From Eledone cirrhosa (taxonomy: Eukaryota): a stretch of DNA of 64,000 nt. The position numbers and the translations under genes were made by a program. Under the pieces are notes generated by a model that did not search any database, was not told where the DNA came from, and saw nothing but the letters and a program-made list of their open reading frames with translations. The stretch is from contig OZ024741.1 in NCBI GenBank assembly GCA_964016885.1, forward strand, positions 120,466,001 to 120,530,000, written 5' to 3'. This document shows, one piece after another, positions 37,994 to 52,840 of the stretch (positions are counted from its first letter, which is position 1; each line of letters starts with the position of its first letter).

Positions 37994-39520
37994 TTTTTAA
38001 ATAATCTAGTATTTGGTAATAGAATTGTGATTACTAATCACATATGGAAAGCATTGCTTTACAAAAGGTTCCTATATAAAATTTTGATGGAAAAATTTTA
38101 GATAAATATCAACACTTTAAAATAAAGATTTGTATCATAGAAACAGGCAATTTCAAATACTTGTGTCATGAGTGTTAAACACAACTAAGCTGAAGTAGCG
38201 ACCTATAACAACCACACACCAGCTGTTTGCGGTCACACAGGGCAACCTTTTAGTTTGCCTACCCTGCAAAAAAAAAAAAAAAAAAAAAAAAAAAATTACA
38301 GCTGTTTTAAACTTTCTCTAGTGAAGTATGGGTTAACCATGCAGGTGTTGTAATCATAAGAGTCCTTTTTGAAGCAATGGTTTATGTCCATTTGCTCTTT
38401 CTGGTACCCCTTACAACATGCAGAGATACACAGCAAAAATGTGCCATCTGGGACTGCCTCCCCATTTTTATCCCCAGCCCTATGCCATCTATATAATCCT
38501 AAATGCTAGTATATCCTCCAAATGTTTATTAGACACAAAACTAGTTTTTTTAGAGGTTTTAGTGTATTACTGGTATTATTTTAGTTTAGCAAAGAGCAGA
38601 GATTGGTAGAATCATTAGGATGTCATGCTGCATGTCCTGGCTTTGACATACTGAGTTCATATCAAGCCAAGCTCAACTTAAGACATCTTTCTGGGGCCAA
38701 CCAAATACTGGAGTTCAATATAATCAACACACCGACCACCACAACCCAAACAATTTGATGGCCTTGTGCCTAAATTAGAAACCTGTCAACTTTGACAATC
38801 ATCCTCATGGGAGTGGGTCTATAAAATAAAATATGCCCAGCACAGGAGTTGATATAATCATCTTTTTTCTTCCACACAAATTGCTGGCCTTGTCTAAGTT
38901 CGAAACCATTATTATTATTAAGGTGGTGGATTGGCAGTATCAGTAGAGGGTCGGACACCATGCTTTGACGCGGAGTTACAGCCCTTGCTATTATGAGTTC
39001 AAATCCCGCTGAGGTTAACTTCACCTTTCAGGGTCGATAAAATAAAGTACCAGTAATGCACTAGGTAATTGCTGGCCTTGTGCCAAAAGTAGAAAATTAT
39101 TAAGGTGGTATGGGCAGTATCGGTAAATTGTTAGACATGCTTTGCAAGTTACATTTCATCCTTATGAGGTCGATTTAATCCGCTTCTCCAAAATTGTTAG
39201 CCTTGTGCCTAAATCAAAAATCATGATGAGGGTGGTGGATTGGCAGAATTGAGAGAGGATCAGTCAAAATGGTTTACAGTATTTGTTTCAGCAATTTACA
39301 TTGATTTTAAATCCAGTCAAAAGCAACTTTGCCTTTCATCTTTCTGGGGTAGTCGATAAAAGAAAGTAGCAGTCAAGTACTAGGAACCGATACATTCACC
39401 TTTCCTTTCTCCCTAAACTGTTGATCTTGCGCCAAAATTAGAAAAGTCATCATCGATTAACGTCTATCTTCCACGCTAGCATGGGTTAGGCGAGTCCCAT
39501 TTAGAGGCAAGATGGATCAG

Positions 39521-39600
39521 GTGACCTTGTCTCGCTCATATAGGGGTGTTTCTGGCTGGTTTTCTACAGAAACACCCTTATATGAGCAAGACAAGGTCAC
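39521..39600. repeat. ~80-bp hairpin
   Basis: gtgaccttgtctcgctcatataggggtgtttctg / cagaaacacccttatatgagcaagacaaggtcac. Confidence 0.8.
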
Positions 39601-40229
39601 CCAACCCAACTTGCTTCATTAAGAATTCATATGCTGAACTCAACTTCCAGGGACAAAGTACCAGTCAAATACTGGAGAAAATATAATAGACTGTTCGCCA
39701 CCCCACAAATTTCTGGCCTTCTGCTTACATTAGAAAAAAAATATTTTAGTATGCAAGCAGGGAAAAGCAGACGTAAAATGGATAAATTGATGGATTTATG
39801 CAAATTAATTATTTCAATACAAAGATAGTAACTTAAATTTTATACAAGAATTATGTTGGAAGATTTTAATTTAAACCCTTTAAAATGGGCAGTTGTGTTT
39901 CATAAAACTAGAGTCCATCCACCTCCAGATTTGAACCAAATTCTAGAAAGAGAAAAAGAATCAAGCACAGCACTGGTACTTCATTGACCTCAAAAGGTTG
40001 AAATGCAAAGTTGACCATGGCACGATTTGAACTGAGAGTATAAAGAGCCGGAACAAATACTGTAAAACAATCTATCCAAATTTCTAATGAGTCATCTGCT
40101 CATAAGCAGTGAATTTGCTGAGGGCCAATGTTGAAAGAAGTTCAATGAATGAAATACTGCCAGTTAAATGAGGGTCACAAAATATGTTGAGATGAATGAA
40201 GTTCAGTGAAGAAATGAAATAAAAACTCA

Positions 40230-40813
40230 AAGGCTGATCAATATCTTTTATTTTTCATTAAGTACAACCACATGTTCATTATCACTTGAATGAACTATGA
40301 TGTAAATGGTGGTCGGTAAACCAGCAGTGATATCACATGCCCTAACAGACCAGCTTAATACATCACAGCATGTTAATTGCAGCCAGACTTTGCTGATAGT
40401 ATTTTCAATGATATTCAAAATTTACATGCCGTCCTATATAAAAATGATCTCGCGTTCCCAAATTTAAAAAAAAAAAAAAATAAAATAAACGAAAAATCTT
40501 AGTTTAAAAAAAAAAAAAAAAAAAAAATCATGGTTGCTCTTTTTTTTATATAAAAAAAATTACAATCTCGCAATAAAAAAAAAAAAAAACCATTTAAACA
40601 TGTGTTTATATCACATGAAGTTGGAAAATAAATACAGAGTACTGCAAAAATGGAAATAAATAAATGTGTGAATGAATCCCATTCCTTTAGTGCAGAGAAT
40701 CCCTGATTCTCGAGATCTGGACTGCAAGAAATAACAGCTGCCCTACAAAATCAGGGGGCAGTATGACTAGCTTGTCCTTAACTTTAAGTGGGCTTTTTGA
40801 AAAAAAAAAATGG

Positions 40814-40844
<31 letters not shown>

Positions 40845-43227
40845 AATCACTGGGTTTTTGTCCTGGTAGGAAAGGGACAAAATATTGATTTATTTATGGA
40901 GAGGGCAAATCGGGGAGAAATATATTTACGGGGAAAGGGAAAATTCAAGTCTGGGGAAAGGGGGGCCAAAGCGTATACATACTTTTTATATATACATTTA
41001 TATACATATCAAATACCTACCCACCGTAACTATTGTTTACCGACCATCTTAAAAAAGGCCCACTTGTGCGAGATGCACTTTCAAAAGCTACTAAATTTTT
41101 TATTTGTTGATTTTACTATTCGTTCAAACAGCATTTTTAATAAGAGTTTATTTTTTTTCTTTATTATATTAAATAATCATTATATTAAATGCTATTGTAA
41201 TCATTTCAGAACTTTACATATAAAATGTTTTTTTTTTCTTCATATTTACATAAGTCCAAAGAAGGCATAAATCGCTTTACTGTCTCTGATCTGATAATGA
41301 TACATGAATGAATGAAAAAAAAAAAAGTGATAAATGGAAAATGCTTTTTTTTTTTTTTTTCTGTAGCACTCGTGTATTTGGAAGTCAATGAATTTTTTTT
41401 TCAGTTTTCAGAATATATCTTTCACTCCTTTGTGATAGTAGAACTAAATGAAAGACACAGTATTTGAACAATGTAAAAAAGATTTATTTTTTGTGTTTTG
41501 TTTTGAATGAAAAACATCACCATAACACTCATTCTGATCTTAAGCAACACAGTCAACTTAACTCTCACACCGCAGACAAGTGGACCATGAATTATTTAAA
41601 CTTATTGGTTAAACTTGTAGAATGTCCCTCAATGAAATATTTATTTTACGGAGATTTTTGTAAGGAGGAAACTGTGTTAATGTTAATTTTTTTTTTTTTA
41701 AAGGGGGGCATCAGGGGATAAAATCTAAGTTTACAGGATAAATTTGTAATTTACATAAATGTGCCAAATGGAATACTTACATAATGACTGCTTGGTTGGA
41801 ATTGAAAAATGTAAGATAAGAAATGGAATGTACATTTTCTTTTTTAAAGAATTAAAAAAAAAAAAGAAAAAGAAAACCACCTGTTTTTAATAATAATTTA
41901 GAAATTTTATCTTAGTGCGTTCAGACAGCTCCACAACTCACATTAGGGCCTCTCTGCAGCATTACAAATGGGACACAAAACTTACCTTTTTATTTGCTTG
42001 TTTTTTTTTTTAAAGGTTTTTTTTTTGTTCATTTGTTTTGTTTTTTGGGATCACACCAGTTAGCTGTGGAAGTGGAGGGAGGGAGGGAGGAAGGGGAAGG
42101 TGCACAGCTGCAAAAACTTTGCACGTTTTCCAGGCAACATTCCAACTACAAACAGACAGCAGCAACCAAATTTTACTTTACAAAGATTTGAAGAATGGGA
42201 GGAAAAGAGAAAGGGAGAGAAAGTAAGAATATAGTTGCTACTGAAGATTGTACGCGTAGACATGCCAGCAATAAAAAAAAAATGCTTCAAATGTTTTCAA
42301 AACAATGGCTCAAGAAGCTATATTTATTTAACCACTGACATCAGCCACTCGAGACAGGTTTTTTTTTTTTTTTTTTAAATGGGAGGCGGCAATAGTGGTA
42401 CAGTAATAATATAAAACAAAAACAAAGGGAAAAAAATAACTAGCTGGTGTCCTCTTGTAGCTTGTCATCTGATAGCTTTTAAACAAAGTCCTTTAATGTA
42501 CGACTTTATTTCAGTAAGTTTCATGTATACTTTTTACATATGTTTTGATTTATTTATGATATGCTTTTCTGTCAATGTTTACAGGGTGTGGAGGAATACT
42601 CATGTTCCCCCCCCCCTGTAATCAGAACATCACAAACAACTTCTACACCAAATTTGTATTTGAAAAGAAAATGTAATTGTTTTGATAATCACCTTACTTA
42701 GTTTATATATATATTTTTTTTAAATATTAAAAAAAAATTTAAAAAAAATTTAAAAAAAAAAAAAACGGAAAAACTTCAGGAATTTGGGCAGAGAAGAATT
42801 TATTTCTTCCAAAGTCCTCTACTATTCTATATTATATTCAATAAATGCAATTATTTTTCATTTTTTAAATATAGGTAAAGTTTAACTTTACCTGGAGATC
42901 TGGATATAATCAAAAAGAAAAAAAAAAGTAGTGACTTTTATTTTTCTTTGATATGAAGGAGGCACATGTTTCGATACAGTCATTGGCAACATGTAGAAAA
43001 GAGGTGCAGACAGAATATAAAAAAAATAGAATTAAAAAAATTTTTATTTTTAATAATACCTTAAGGGCTTCCAAATTTAATTACAGCATGCCTTAGGAAA
43101 CAGGCATGATGTAAACAGTAGTACAATGTTAGTTGAAACTCCATTTGTACACTTCAGCAATAAAAACATTGCTACAACAATTTCAACAAACACGTATTAG
43201 TAATATTTTTATATAATATATATATAT

Positions 43228-43278
<51 letters not shown>

Positions 43279-43360
43279 GATATGTATATATACATATACA
43301 CAAATATGTATACATACATATACAGATATGTATACATACACATATACATATATATGTATG

Positions 43361-43430
<70 letters not shown>

Positions 43431-43841
43431 TACATACACACACACACATGCATACACGTTTTAATTTTTATCATTATATAGTTCAGGAGTAGCCAAAACT
43501 GACGTACAAGAATGAGCTAGCTACCTGTAACAATGCTACATTGACGCACACCAACAGCTCAGCAATCCATGTTCCCCATTTTAATATATTTTCAAAGAAA
43601 AAGTAAAGGGAAAAGCCTTGACAGAAGAAAATTGGATTTTCTTTTGTTTTGTTTATTTTGTTTGTTCGTTTTTTTCTTTTTGTTTTGTTGTTTTTTGGGG
43701 GGGGTTTATTTATACCTTAGCAGGGGATTAACTCAAGAATTGGGTTTTCTTTCTTGTGAACTGCATCTCACAACAAAATGTGACTTGCAGTATAGGACAG
43801 GACGGCATATATACCTTTGTTTCTCTATATTAGATTATATA

Positions 43842-43881
<40 letters not shown>

Positions 43882-44561
43882 TGTGTGTGTGTGTGTGGGT
43901 GTGTGTGTATAATATATTATATATATATATATATATTATATATATTTATTATTTCCAAGTTTATTTTAATTGATTTATGTATTTTTTTTTTTAACCATTG
44001 TGTCTGGCTAACTGGGAAACAAGAAGTAGAACCAGTAGAAACTAGAAATTTTAATCTAAAAGACTTAATTATTTTTGTAATTTTTGTTTTTTTTTTTAAA
44101 TATTCTTTTTTCAAGGTTACTTAATTTTCCTTGATTTCAGAATTTTGGGAATAATTATCCGACTTACAAGATTTGATGGGGGGGGGGGGAGTATATATAC
44201 ATATATATATATACACACACGCACACACACACATGTATACATACATATTACACACACGCACACACTATGTGTATATATATATATATATATTATACTAAAA
44301 AGGATAACTACTCCAATACAAACAACAGTGAATTAAAATGCTCTTTTTTTGGTTTGTTACAATAGTAAATCTAATTCATAACAATATTTTTTACAGAACT
44401 TTTTAAGAAAAAGTGAAGGAAAAAAGCTGGAAATGTAATATCTTTCATCTTGCAATGAAGAAAAGGAAATGGTGACCAAAATAAACAAAAATATCCCCAA
44501 ATATGTTTGAGAACATCTATAAAAAAATTACAAGTTATATAATACAGGCTGAATAGGAAAA

Positions 44562-44625
<64 letters not shown>

Positions 44626-45474
44626 CCAGTTAACATACAATGGAATTTTTATCCAATTATAATAATGGTTCAAATTTAGGCACAAGGCCAGCAATTTGGG
44701 GGAAAGGGAAAAGACGATTACATCGACCCCAGTTCTTGCCTGGTACTTTATTTTATCAAACCTAGGAAGGATGAAAGGCAAAGTTGACCTTGGTGGTTTG
44801 ATTTGGATTCAGAACAAAGCGCTATAACTAAATGCTATGAAGCATTTTCTCTAACGTTTAACGATTCTGCCAAGCCACCAGTTATCCCAATTATAATAAT
44901 TTTAAAAAAGAAAGAAAAATTAATGTATAAATCATACACAAGCTGACAATTGCAGACAGACAAAGAAAATATGATTAGTGAGAATAATAAGTAGTTCATT
45001 GAGTGCAAAAAAAACTTGCAGCTAAAATATCAGTTTCCCTTCATCACTACATACATATATAACCATGAAGGTTTCAATTTCTGATCAAATGTGGTTGATG
45101 AAAATATTTTTTTTAAAAAGCAACTGTCATCACATCAGATATTAACAGATACATAATATTTTTTCCCTAAATGTCTACCAACACAAAAGCTTGAAATTTT
45201 GGCCCACAAAAAGACCAACAACAGAAATATTGTTCGGTATTCTGAAGAACTATTTTTTTTAAAACAATTTTTCCTAATAAAAATTTAACTTTTTTTTTTG
45301 GGGGGGGGGGGGGGGGGTCATTGATTTGTTTTAAAACAAACAATTTTTTTCTTTTTCTTTTTTTTTTTTCAGCCAAATGTTTCCATACAGAATTTATCTG
45401 GTCACTGGTTCTACGTTGGTGTTACCCTGTATATAAAGTTCCGCTACAAATGTGGTTGGTTTCTTAGTTGTGCT
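40230..45474 (-). other. DDX3: Probable long 3'UTR of DDX3
   Basis: Follows the stop; TE-poor and U-tract-rich on the mRNA strand; AATAAA (-) near 40250 followed by U/GU-rich sequence. Confidence 0.45.
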
Positions 45475-45655
45475 TTAAGAGCTGTTGGTCATATTATCCC
45501 ACCAATCTGTTTGGGCATAAGAGCCGCCATAGCCATTAATCTGCATGCAGTTATATGGGTTGAATCCTTGGGCATTGTAATTCACAGCTCCAGCAGGTTT
45601 TGCAGGTTTCTGAGTAGGTTGGCGATAATCTCGACCTCCAAAAGATGTAGTAGCT
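45475..45655 (-). CDS. DDX3: DDX3/PL10 terminal coding exon
   Basis: ggcag|...; FGGRDYRQ and DWWDN motifs typical of DDX3/Ded1; ends with TAA. Confidence 0.9.
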
Positions 45656-46480
45656 CTGCCAAGTTAAAATAAAATAAAATTATTTTATCCAAAACAAAAC
45701 TTTCAAAAATTATATTGCATAACCTCAGCAAAAGTGGCACCTAATCCCACAGAAATAGAGGAAAGATCAGCACAAGACCTCTCTTTAAAATATAAGTATC
45801 TGGACAGGCAAGGGGTCAGGAGGAGGTACTCAGTGGGGATATGGGTGGTTAGTGGGTAGTAGTGGAGTAGGAGGAGCATAATTGTCATAGGAATAGGAGA
45901 GGAGGAGTCAGGGATAACACTATTTATAGATGGGGCTTATAGCCGAAAGGAGTATGCATACAAATAGTAAATACACTTCACCACTGGTCCCCAACCCATA
46001 TAATCCACTTTACCTATTCTTAAACCCTTATATTTTACCTGATCTTATTTATTCTATATACTAATTTATTGAACTTCTATATAACCCACTTTTTATTGTT
46101 AATTCTTCACACCCACCCACACACACGCGCGCGTGGTGTTAGGAAATGCATCCAGCTGTAGAAACCAAACCGAAATACAGATCTGCATAAGCATGACGTA
46201 GTCTCAGGGCCTGACAACAACGCGATAACCCATCTAATCAGAGAAAATAGTCGTTAAATGGTGATTATGCCTGCGCACGAGTTACCTTTTCCCCACAAAA
46301 ATCCGACATGGAGAACTAACATAGAACTTTACTGGATATACAAAACCTCAATTGAAAATATAGGATATGTTGTAAATGTATGAAGTCACAGCACCATGTA
46401 AAATGGATGTGTCAATCATCTATTGCTGTGACACACATGGTAGCTATAAAACTAGCTAATATTGCCTTTTTCCCCTTTAA

Positions 46481-46831
46481 CCCTTTAGCATTCACATTAA
46501 TTTGTCAAATGTCATGTTTATCTGTTCACATTATTTTCAGTTAATCGTACTGAAGAGGGTTATCAATTTTATTTGTAATTTTCTTAATTTTCTATGTGCA
46601 GGCTTGAAATTTTGTTTAAATATCATAATTTACAATTATATAATTTTACCTGATTTTTGGGGGTTAAATTTGACTTTTATGGGCAGGTGAAATTAAGTTG
46701 TTTCACTATATTTAGTGTTAATTTTCGCGGTAAGGGCCTAATTTCGCAGTAATCTTGAATTGACGAGATTTTGATGACAGTATTGTTTATTTTTAGTGTG
46801 GGTGTAATCAGCCAGTTTGAACACTAAAGGG
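46481..46831 (-). mobile_element. piggyBac-derived MITE
   Basis: TTAA-ccctttagcattc ... gaacactaaaggg-TTAA. Confidence 0.85.
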
Positions 46832-46999
46832 TTAAACATTACAAATTCAAGAATTAAATATTTTCCACCAACTGTTGTTTACAAGATACATAGAAGCTGA
46901 CTAACCCTTTCATTATGACCCCACGTGATACTTCTTCACCCACTTATTCCTGAGAGGATCGTGGGGCAGAGTCTTCATACTTATTCTAGCGGATTCTGT

Positions 47000-47812
<813 letters not shown>

Positions 47813-48039
47813 TCATGTCATATCAAACTGAAATTTAGGTAACATTTAACCCTTTTTTGACAAAAATCACCGACAGTAAAAAAAAATTAAAAAAATGTCA
47901 AACATGAAGATAAATGTATAAACTTGACAAAACTTATAACAATGCCTTACCAAAGAACTCGGGCTAAAGCAAAAATATATAACAATATCTGGTTCAAGCA
48001 GAAAGCAGTGTAAATAACTAGTAAACAGAAGTGTGTGAC

Positions 48040-48190
48040 AGAACAAAACACTGGAATGGTCGGGTAATATCAAACATTGTCCGTACTGTAATACTGGGCA
48101 GGGGGATTATAATCAAACATTGTTTATACTGGATGGCGAGATATAGTCAAACACTGTTGGTGCTGGAATACTGGGATGGTGGGATATAGT
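48040..48190. repeat. Degenerate ~40-45-bp tandem repeat (3-4 copies)
   Basis: Recurring tcaaacattgt...tactgg...gatatag. Confidence 0.55.
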
Positions 48191-48193
48191 TAA

Positions 48194-49637
48194 CCCTTTA
48201 GCATTCACATTGAATTGTCAAATGTCATGTTCATCTATTCGCATTATTTTCACTTAATTATACTCAAGAGGGTTATCAATTTTATTTGTTTGTAATTACT
48301 TTAATTTTCTATGTGCAGACTTGAAATTTTGTCAGTAGATGTTTAAACAACTATAATATACAATTATATATTTTTACCTGATTTTTTTTTGTTAAATTTG
48401 ACTTTTATGGGCAGGTGAAATTAATTAACAGGTGTAAAAGTAATAACTTTATGGATAAACACAAAAATTTAAACTTTATCTGCCTTATCTGTTAGATTTG
48501 TTGCAAAAAAAAAAATCCAATAAATGACCTAGATGCTGATTTCCATCAATTCTAGCAGTTTTCCGAACAGGTGAATTAATTAAAAATGCAGGTGTAATCA
48601 GTACACAGTTTTAGTCTTTCTACATTCCAGGCAAATATTTTCATTGAAAAAAAATGTATAAAACCTTTTCACCGGTCAAAATAATATTGGCAATGTACTC
48701 TGTAAATGTACGGTGTAAAATTACGTGTAACAGAAAGTTTCCAATATATACACGCTTTTAAATTTTTCTGACAATATTTCAATTAATGGTCGTACTTTGA
48801 TTCATTTCTACCAGGGGCATTTGAAGTATCAACCAGATGCAAATACTGGTTTAATTTAATGAATCTCGTTTTTGCCATAATACTAGATATATAAGGGTCA
48901 CCAAACCTTATATCAGTACTCCAATAATTCCGCAGTCGTGGAAATTGTTTAATACCAAACATAATATTTATGGTAAAAAACGCTTTCATTTCGGCAGAAT
49001 CTGTCGGACGCCATAACAGATCGGGTTTTCCGATATTAGAAATTTGTTGTTGTGCATAGCGATTTGCTACAACTTCGAAGAAAGATTGTGGTAAAAATAA
49101 AAAATAATAATCCAGTGCTTTAGCATCGGGTGGTAATGTGTGTTGTGGTCCAATATTTTCAGTAAAATCCGAAACATTTATCGGTGTTTCTTTCAACCAC
49201 GTTGCTGTTTTTTCAATGGTGTCAGTCAAATCTTCTCTTTCACTTTCAAAGTAACTATCATCATTATCAGATATATCAGAAATAAATATATCTGATTCGT
49301 TTGAAGATAAATCACTGATATTATCTTGTTTCTTTTTGATCTCGAATGTCGTCGGACGTAAAACCTTCAAATTCGTTGTCGCTACTTTCGGAAGCCATGT
49401 TACACTTTCAACGTTAAAAACACGTATTATCGCAAGTTCTTTAACTATACTAACAGTTAATTTTCGCGCGTAAGGGCTTTATCTCGCAGTAATCTCGAAT
49501 TGACGAGATTTCGATGATGTCAATATTTATTTTTAGAAGGAAATCTCTGTGTGGTATTAAATGTCGGTTTTTGTCGGTTTGAATAAATGAAAGGGGACAT
49601 AATCTTGTCGGTTTTTGTCGCTTTGAATGCTAAAGGG
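48194..49637 (-). mobile_element. piggyBac element keeping only the transposase N-terminal part
   Basis: TTAA-ccctttagcattc ... gaatgctaaaggg-TTAA; PGBD-like LDYYFLFLP, NYWSTD and RFIKLNQYLHLVD. Confidence 0.88.
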
Positions 49638-49739
49638 TTAAACATGACCTGTACCGGACTACTATACCAGCAGGTACAAAGTATTTTTACATCAATACAT
49701 TTCTGAAGAAAGGCCATAATTTCAAAGGATGCTAATTCT

Positions 49740-50160
49740 TTCAACAAGCAACTTTAAAAAAAAAAAAATTGTTACAAGGATAAAAACTGCCAACAAGACT
49801 GGACCATTTCATAAGGCCAAGATGACCTAAGAATGGATAAGTTACAATCTCCAAGATCATGCCACTGCAAACATAGGCACCTAGCTCCACAGACCTGAAT
49901 CTGTTGTACTACTACATATGAGACATAGTCAAGAGGGGATCAAACACTATAAAATCTCAAAGCCTGCCATAACTAGCATAATGTCCAAATTAGATAAAAA
50001 TCATCTGATTCGAGTGTGGCAATATTTCAGATCACATATTGAAGCAATCATCGATGTTACTGGCAGATTCATTGAGCAGGTGCATCAAGAGTCAAGATTC
50101 TGCATGCTATTTTTTTCTTAACTTTTAATAAATTCATGCAAATGTCTTTAAGAACTGAGC
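49740..50160 (+). mobile_element. Decayed Tc1/mariner-superfamily transposase C-terminal fragment
   Basis: PSSTDLNLLYY resembles the PSSPDLNPLDY signature; FRSHIEAIIDVTGRFIE resembles the typical C-terminus. Confidence 0.55.
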
Positions 50161-50374
50161 AATCCTATATTTATAGCCATCTGCATTGTGGTAACTGCAA
50201 AAAAGCAAAAGATTTTCAAATAGTTCATTTTTTCTGCTTACCTACCTATCCAAGTGTATCTTCATTTGGACACTAAATTTCAAATACATGTCATACATAT
50301 AACGAAATCTGTATTACACATGCTTTATTTTGCTGGCATGAGTTGGACAAGACTTTTGGTGGCAGAATTCTATG

Positions 50375-52016
50375 GTCAGATGACCATGTTAGTTAGGCAT
50401 CGCCACAAGTTAGTTAGGCATCGCCACAAGTTAGTTAGGCACCGCCACAAGTTAGTTAGGCACCGCCACAAGTTAGTTAGGCACCGCCACAAGTTAGTTA
50501 GGCACCGCCACAAGTTAGTTAGGCACCGCCACAAGTTAGTTAGGCACCGCCACAAGTTAGTTAGGCACCGCCACAAGTTAGTTAGGCACCGCCACAAGTT
50601 AGTTAGGCACCGCCACAAGTTAGTTAGGCACCGCCACAAGTTAGTTAGGCATCGCCACAAGTTAGTTAGGCATCGCCACAAGTTAGTTAGGCATCGCCAC
50701 AAGTTAGTTAGGCATCGCCACAAGTTAGTTAGGCATCGCCACAAGTTAGTTAGGCATCGCCACAAGTTAGTTAGGCATCGCCACAAGTTAGTTAGGCATC
50801 GCCACAAGTTAGTTAGGCATCGCCACAAGTTAGTTATGCATCGCCACCAGATGACCATGTTAGTTAGGCATCGCCACCAGATGACCATGTTAGTTAGGCA
50901 TCGCCACCAGATGACCATGTTAGTTAGGCATCGCCACCAGATGACCATGTTAGTTAGGCATCGCCACAAGTTAGTTAGGCATCGCCACAAGTTAGTTAGG
51001 CATCGCCACAAGTTAGTTAGGCATCGCCACAAGTTAGTTAGGCATCGCCACAAGTTAGTTAGGCACCGCCACAAGTTAGTTAGGCACCGCCACAAGTTAG
51101 TTAGGCACCGCCACAAGTTAGTTAGGCACCGCCACAAGTTAGTTATGCATCGCCACAAGTTAGTTATGCATCGCCACAAGTTAGTTATGCATCGCCACAA
51201 GTTAGTTATGCATCGCCACAAGTTAGTTATGCATCGCCACAAGTTAGTTATGCATCGCCACAAGTTAGTTATGCATCGCCACAAGTTAGTTATGCATCGC
51301 CACAAGTTAGTTATGCATCGCCACAAGTTAGTTATGCATCGCCACAAGTTAGTTATGCATCGCCACAAGTTAGTTATGCATCGCCACAAGTTAGTTATGC
51401 ATCGCCACAAGTTATGCATCGCCACAAGTTAGTTATGCATCGCCACAAGTTAGTTATGCATCGCCACAAGTTAGTTATGCATCGCCACAAGTTAGTTATG
51501 CATCGCCACAAGTTAGTTATGCATCGCCACAAGTTAGTTATGCATCGCCACAAGTTAGTTATGCATCGCCACAAGTTAGTTATGCATCGCCACAAGTTAG
51601 TTATGCATCGCCACAAGTTAGTTATGCATCGCCACAAGTTAGTTATGGATCATCACAAGTTAGTTATGGATCATCACAAGTTAGTTATGGATCATCACAA
51701 GTTAGTTATGGATCATCACAAGTTAGTTATGGATCATCACAAGTTAGTTATGGATCATCACAAGTTAGTTATGGATCATCACAAGTTAGTTATGGATCAT
51801 CACAAGTTAGTTATGGATCATCACAAGTTAGTTATGGATCATCACAAGTTAGTTATGGATCATCACAAGTTAGTTATGGATCATCACAAGTTAGTTATGG
51901 ATCATCACAAGTTAGTTATGGATCATCACAAGTTAGTTATGGATCATCACAAGTTAGTTATGGATCGTCACAAGTTAGTTATGGATCGTCACAAGTTAGT
52001 TATGGATCATTACAAG
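50375..52016. repeat. 21-bp minisatellite (~75 units) in ordered variant blocks
   Basis: ttagttaggcaycgccacaag, then ttagttatgcatcgccacaag, then ttagttatggatcatcacaag; a 30-bp variant contains cagatgaccatg. Confidence 0.95.
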
Positions 52017-52049
52017 TATAACAGCTAAGGAGCTGCACCTCTTTATGTA

Positions 52050-52620
52050 AACAAATATCAGCACTTGTGATGTCAAATATGAGAGAAGACACACTGTCTA
52101 TCTACACACAAAGTACACGCCCGTAATATTGGAGCTGTGATCTCTAGTAGCAGCTCTATTTGGAGCGACCGATCACCGAGCTACACACTATCGAGTAACG
52201 CCACTCCAAAGACTCTCCGAAGGAACCACAATTTGGCCACATGTATTCGCGATCATATTCTTTCGGTCTTTACTCAAGATTCGTAACCATAGGGTTGGCA
52301 GGAATACCGAATTGAAGATAACAAGCTTGGTTTTTTACACATACCTCTCTTCTGATTACCGAATGCTAAAGCTGGCATATTACTGAACCAGCTCCTGCAA
52401 ATCTTGGCATTTAATTTAGCCTCCTGACTTTCACCACTCATGAACAAGCCCAGAGATACTTGAACTTCTCCACTTGCTTCAGTGGAACTCCATTCACATA
52501 TAGAGTGTACTGTGTCTCAGTCTTCACAGCACTGATTTTCAATCCAGTCATGGAGCACTCAGCATAAAACCTATCATGTGCAAGTAGGCGATCACCTACA
52601 ATTTCCTCCACATGTCATTG
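52050..52620 (-). mobile_element. Decayed RTE-clade LINE fragment
   Basis: Minus strand LKQVEKFKYL motif. Confidence 0.6.
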
Positions 52621-52840
52621 GTTGGCCCAGGCATTGAGATAGAACCCAAAACCACATGTTTGCGAAAGAAAACCTTTTCTACACAGCTACATCAACATCT
52701 GTTTATATTTCTAATATTTCTGACAACCAGCTCAGCTACTTCGAACAAATTATAAACTTATATCTGTACAAAATATATTGCAAATTAATGGTGAGTATTC
52801 CAATTCTTCAATTAATGGAACAGCCTGCTTATGAAATTAA

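Noticed and set aside
50254-52028. Long ORFs on both strands; superficially CRISPR-like array
   Set aside because: Pure tandem 21-mer without unique spacers, inside a eukaryotic intron; the ORFs arise from a stop-free unit
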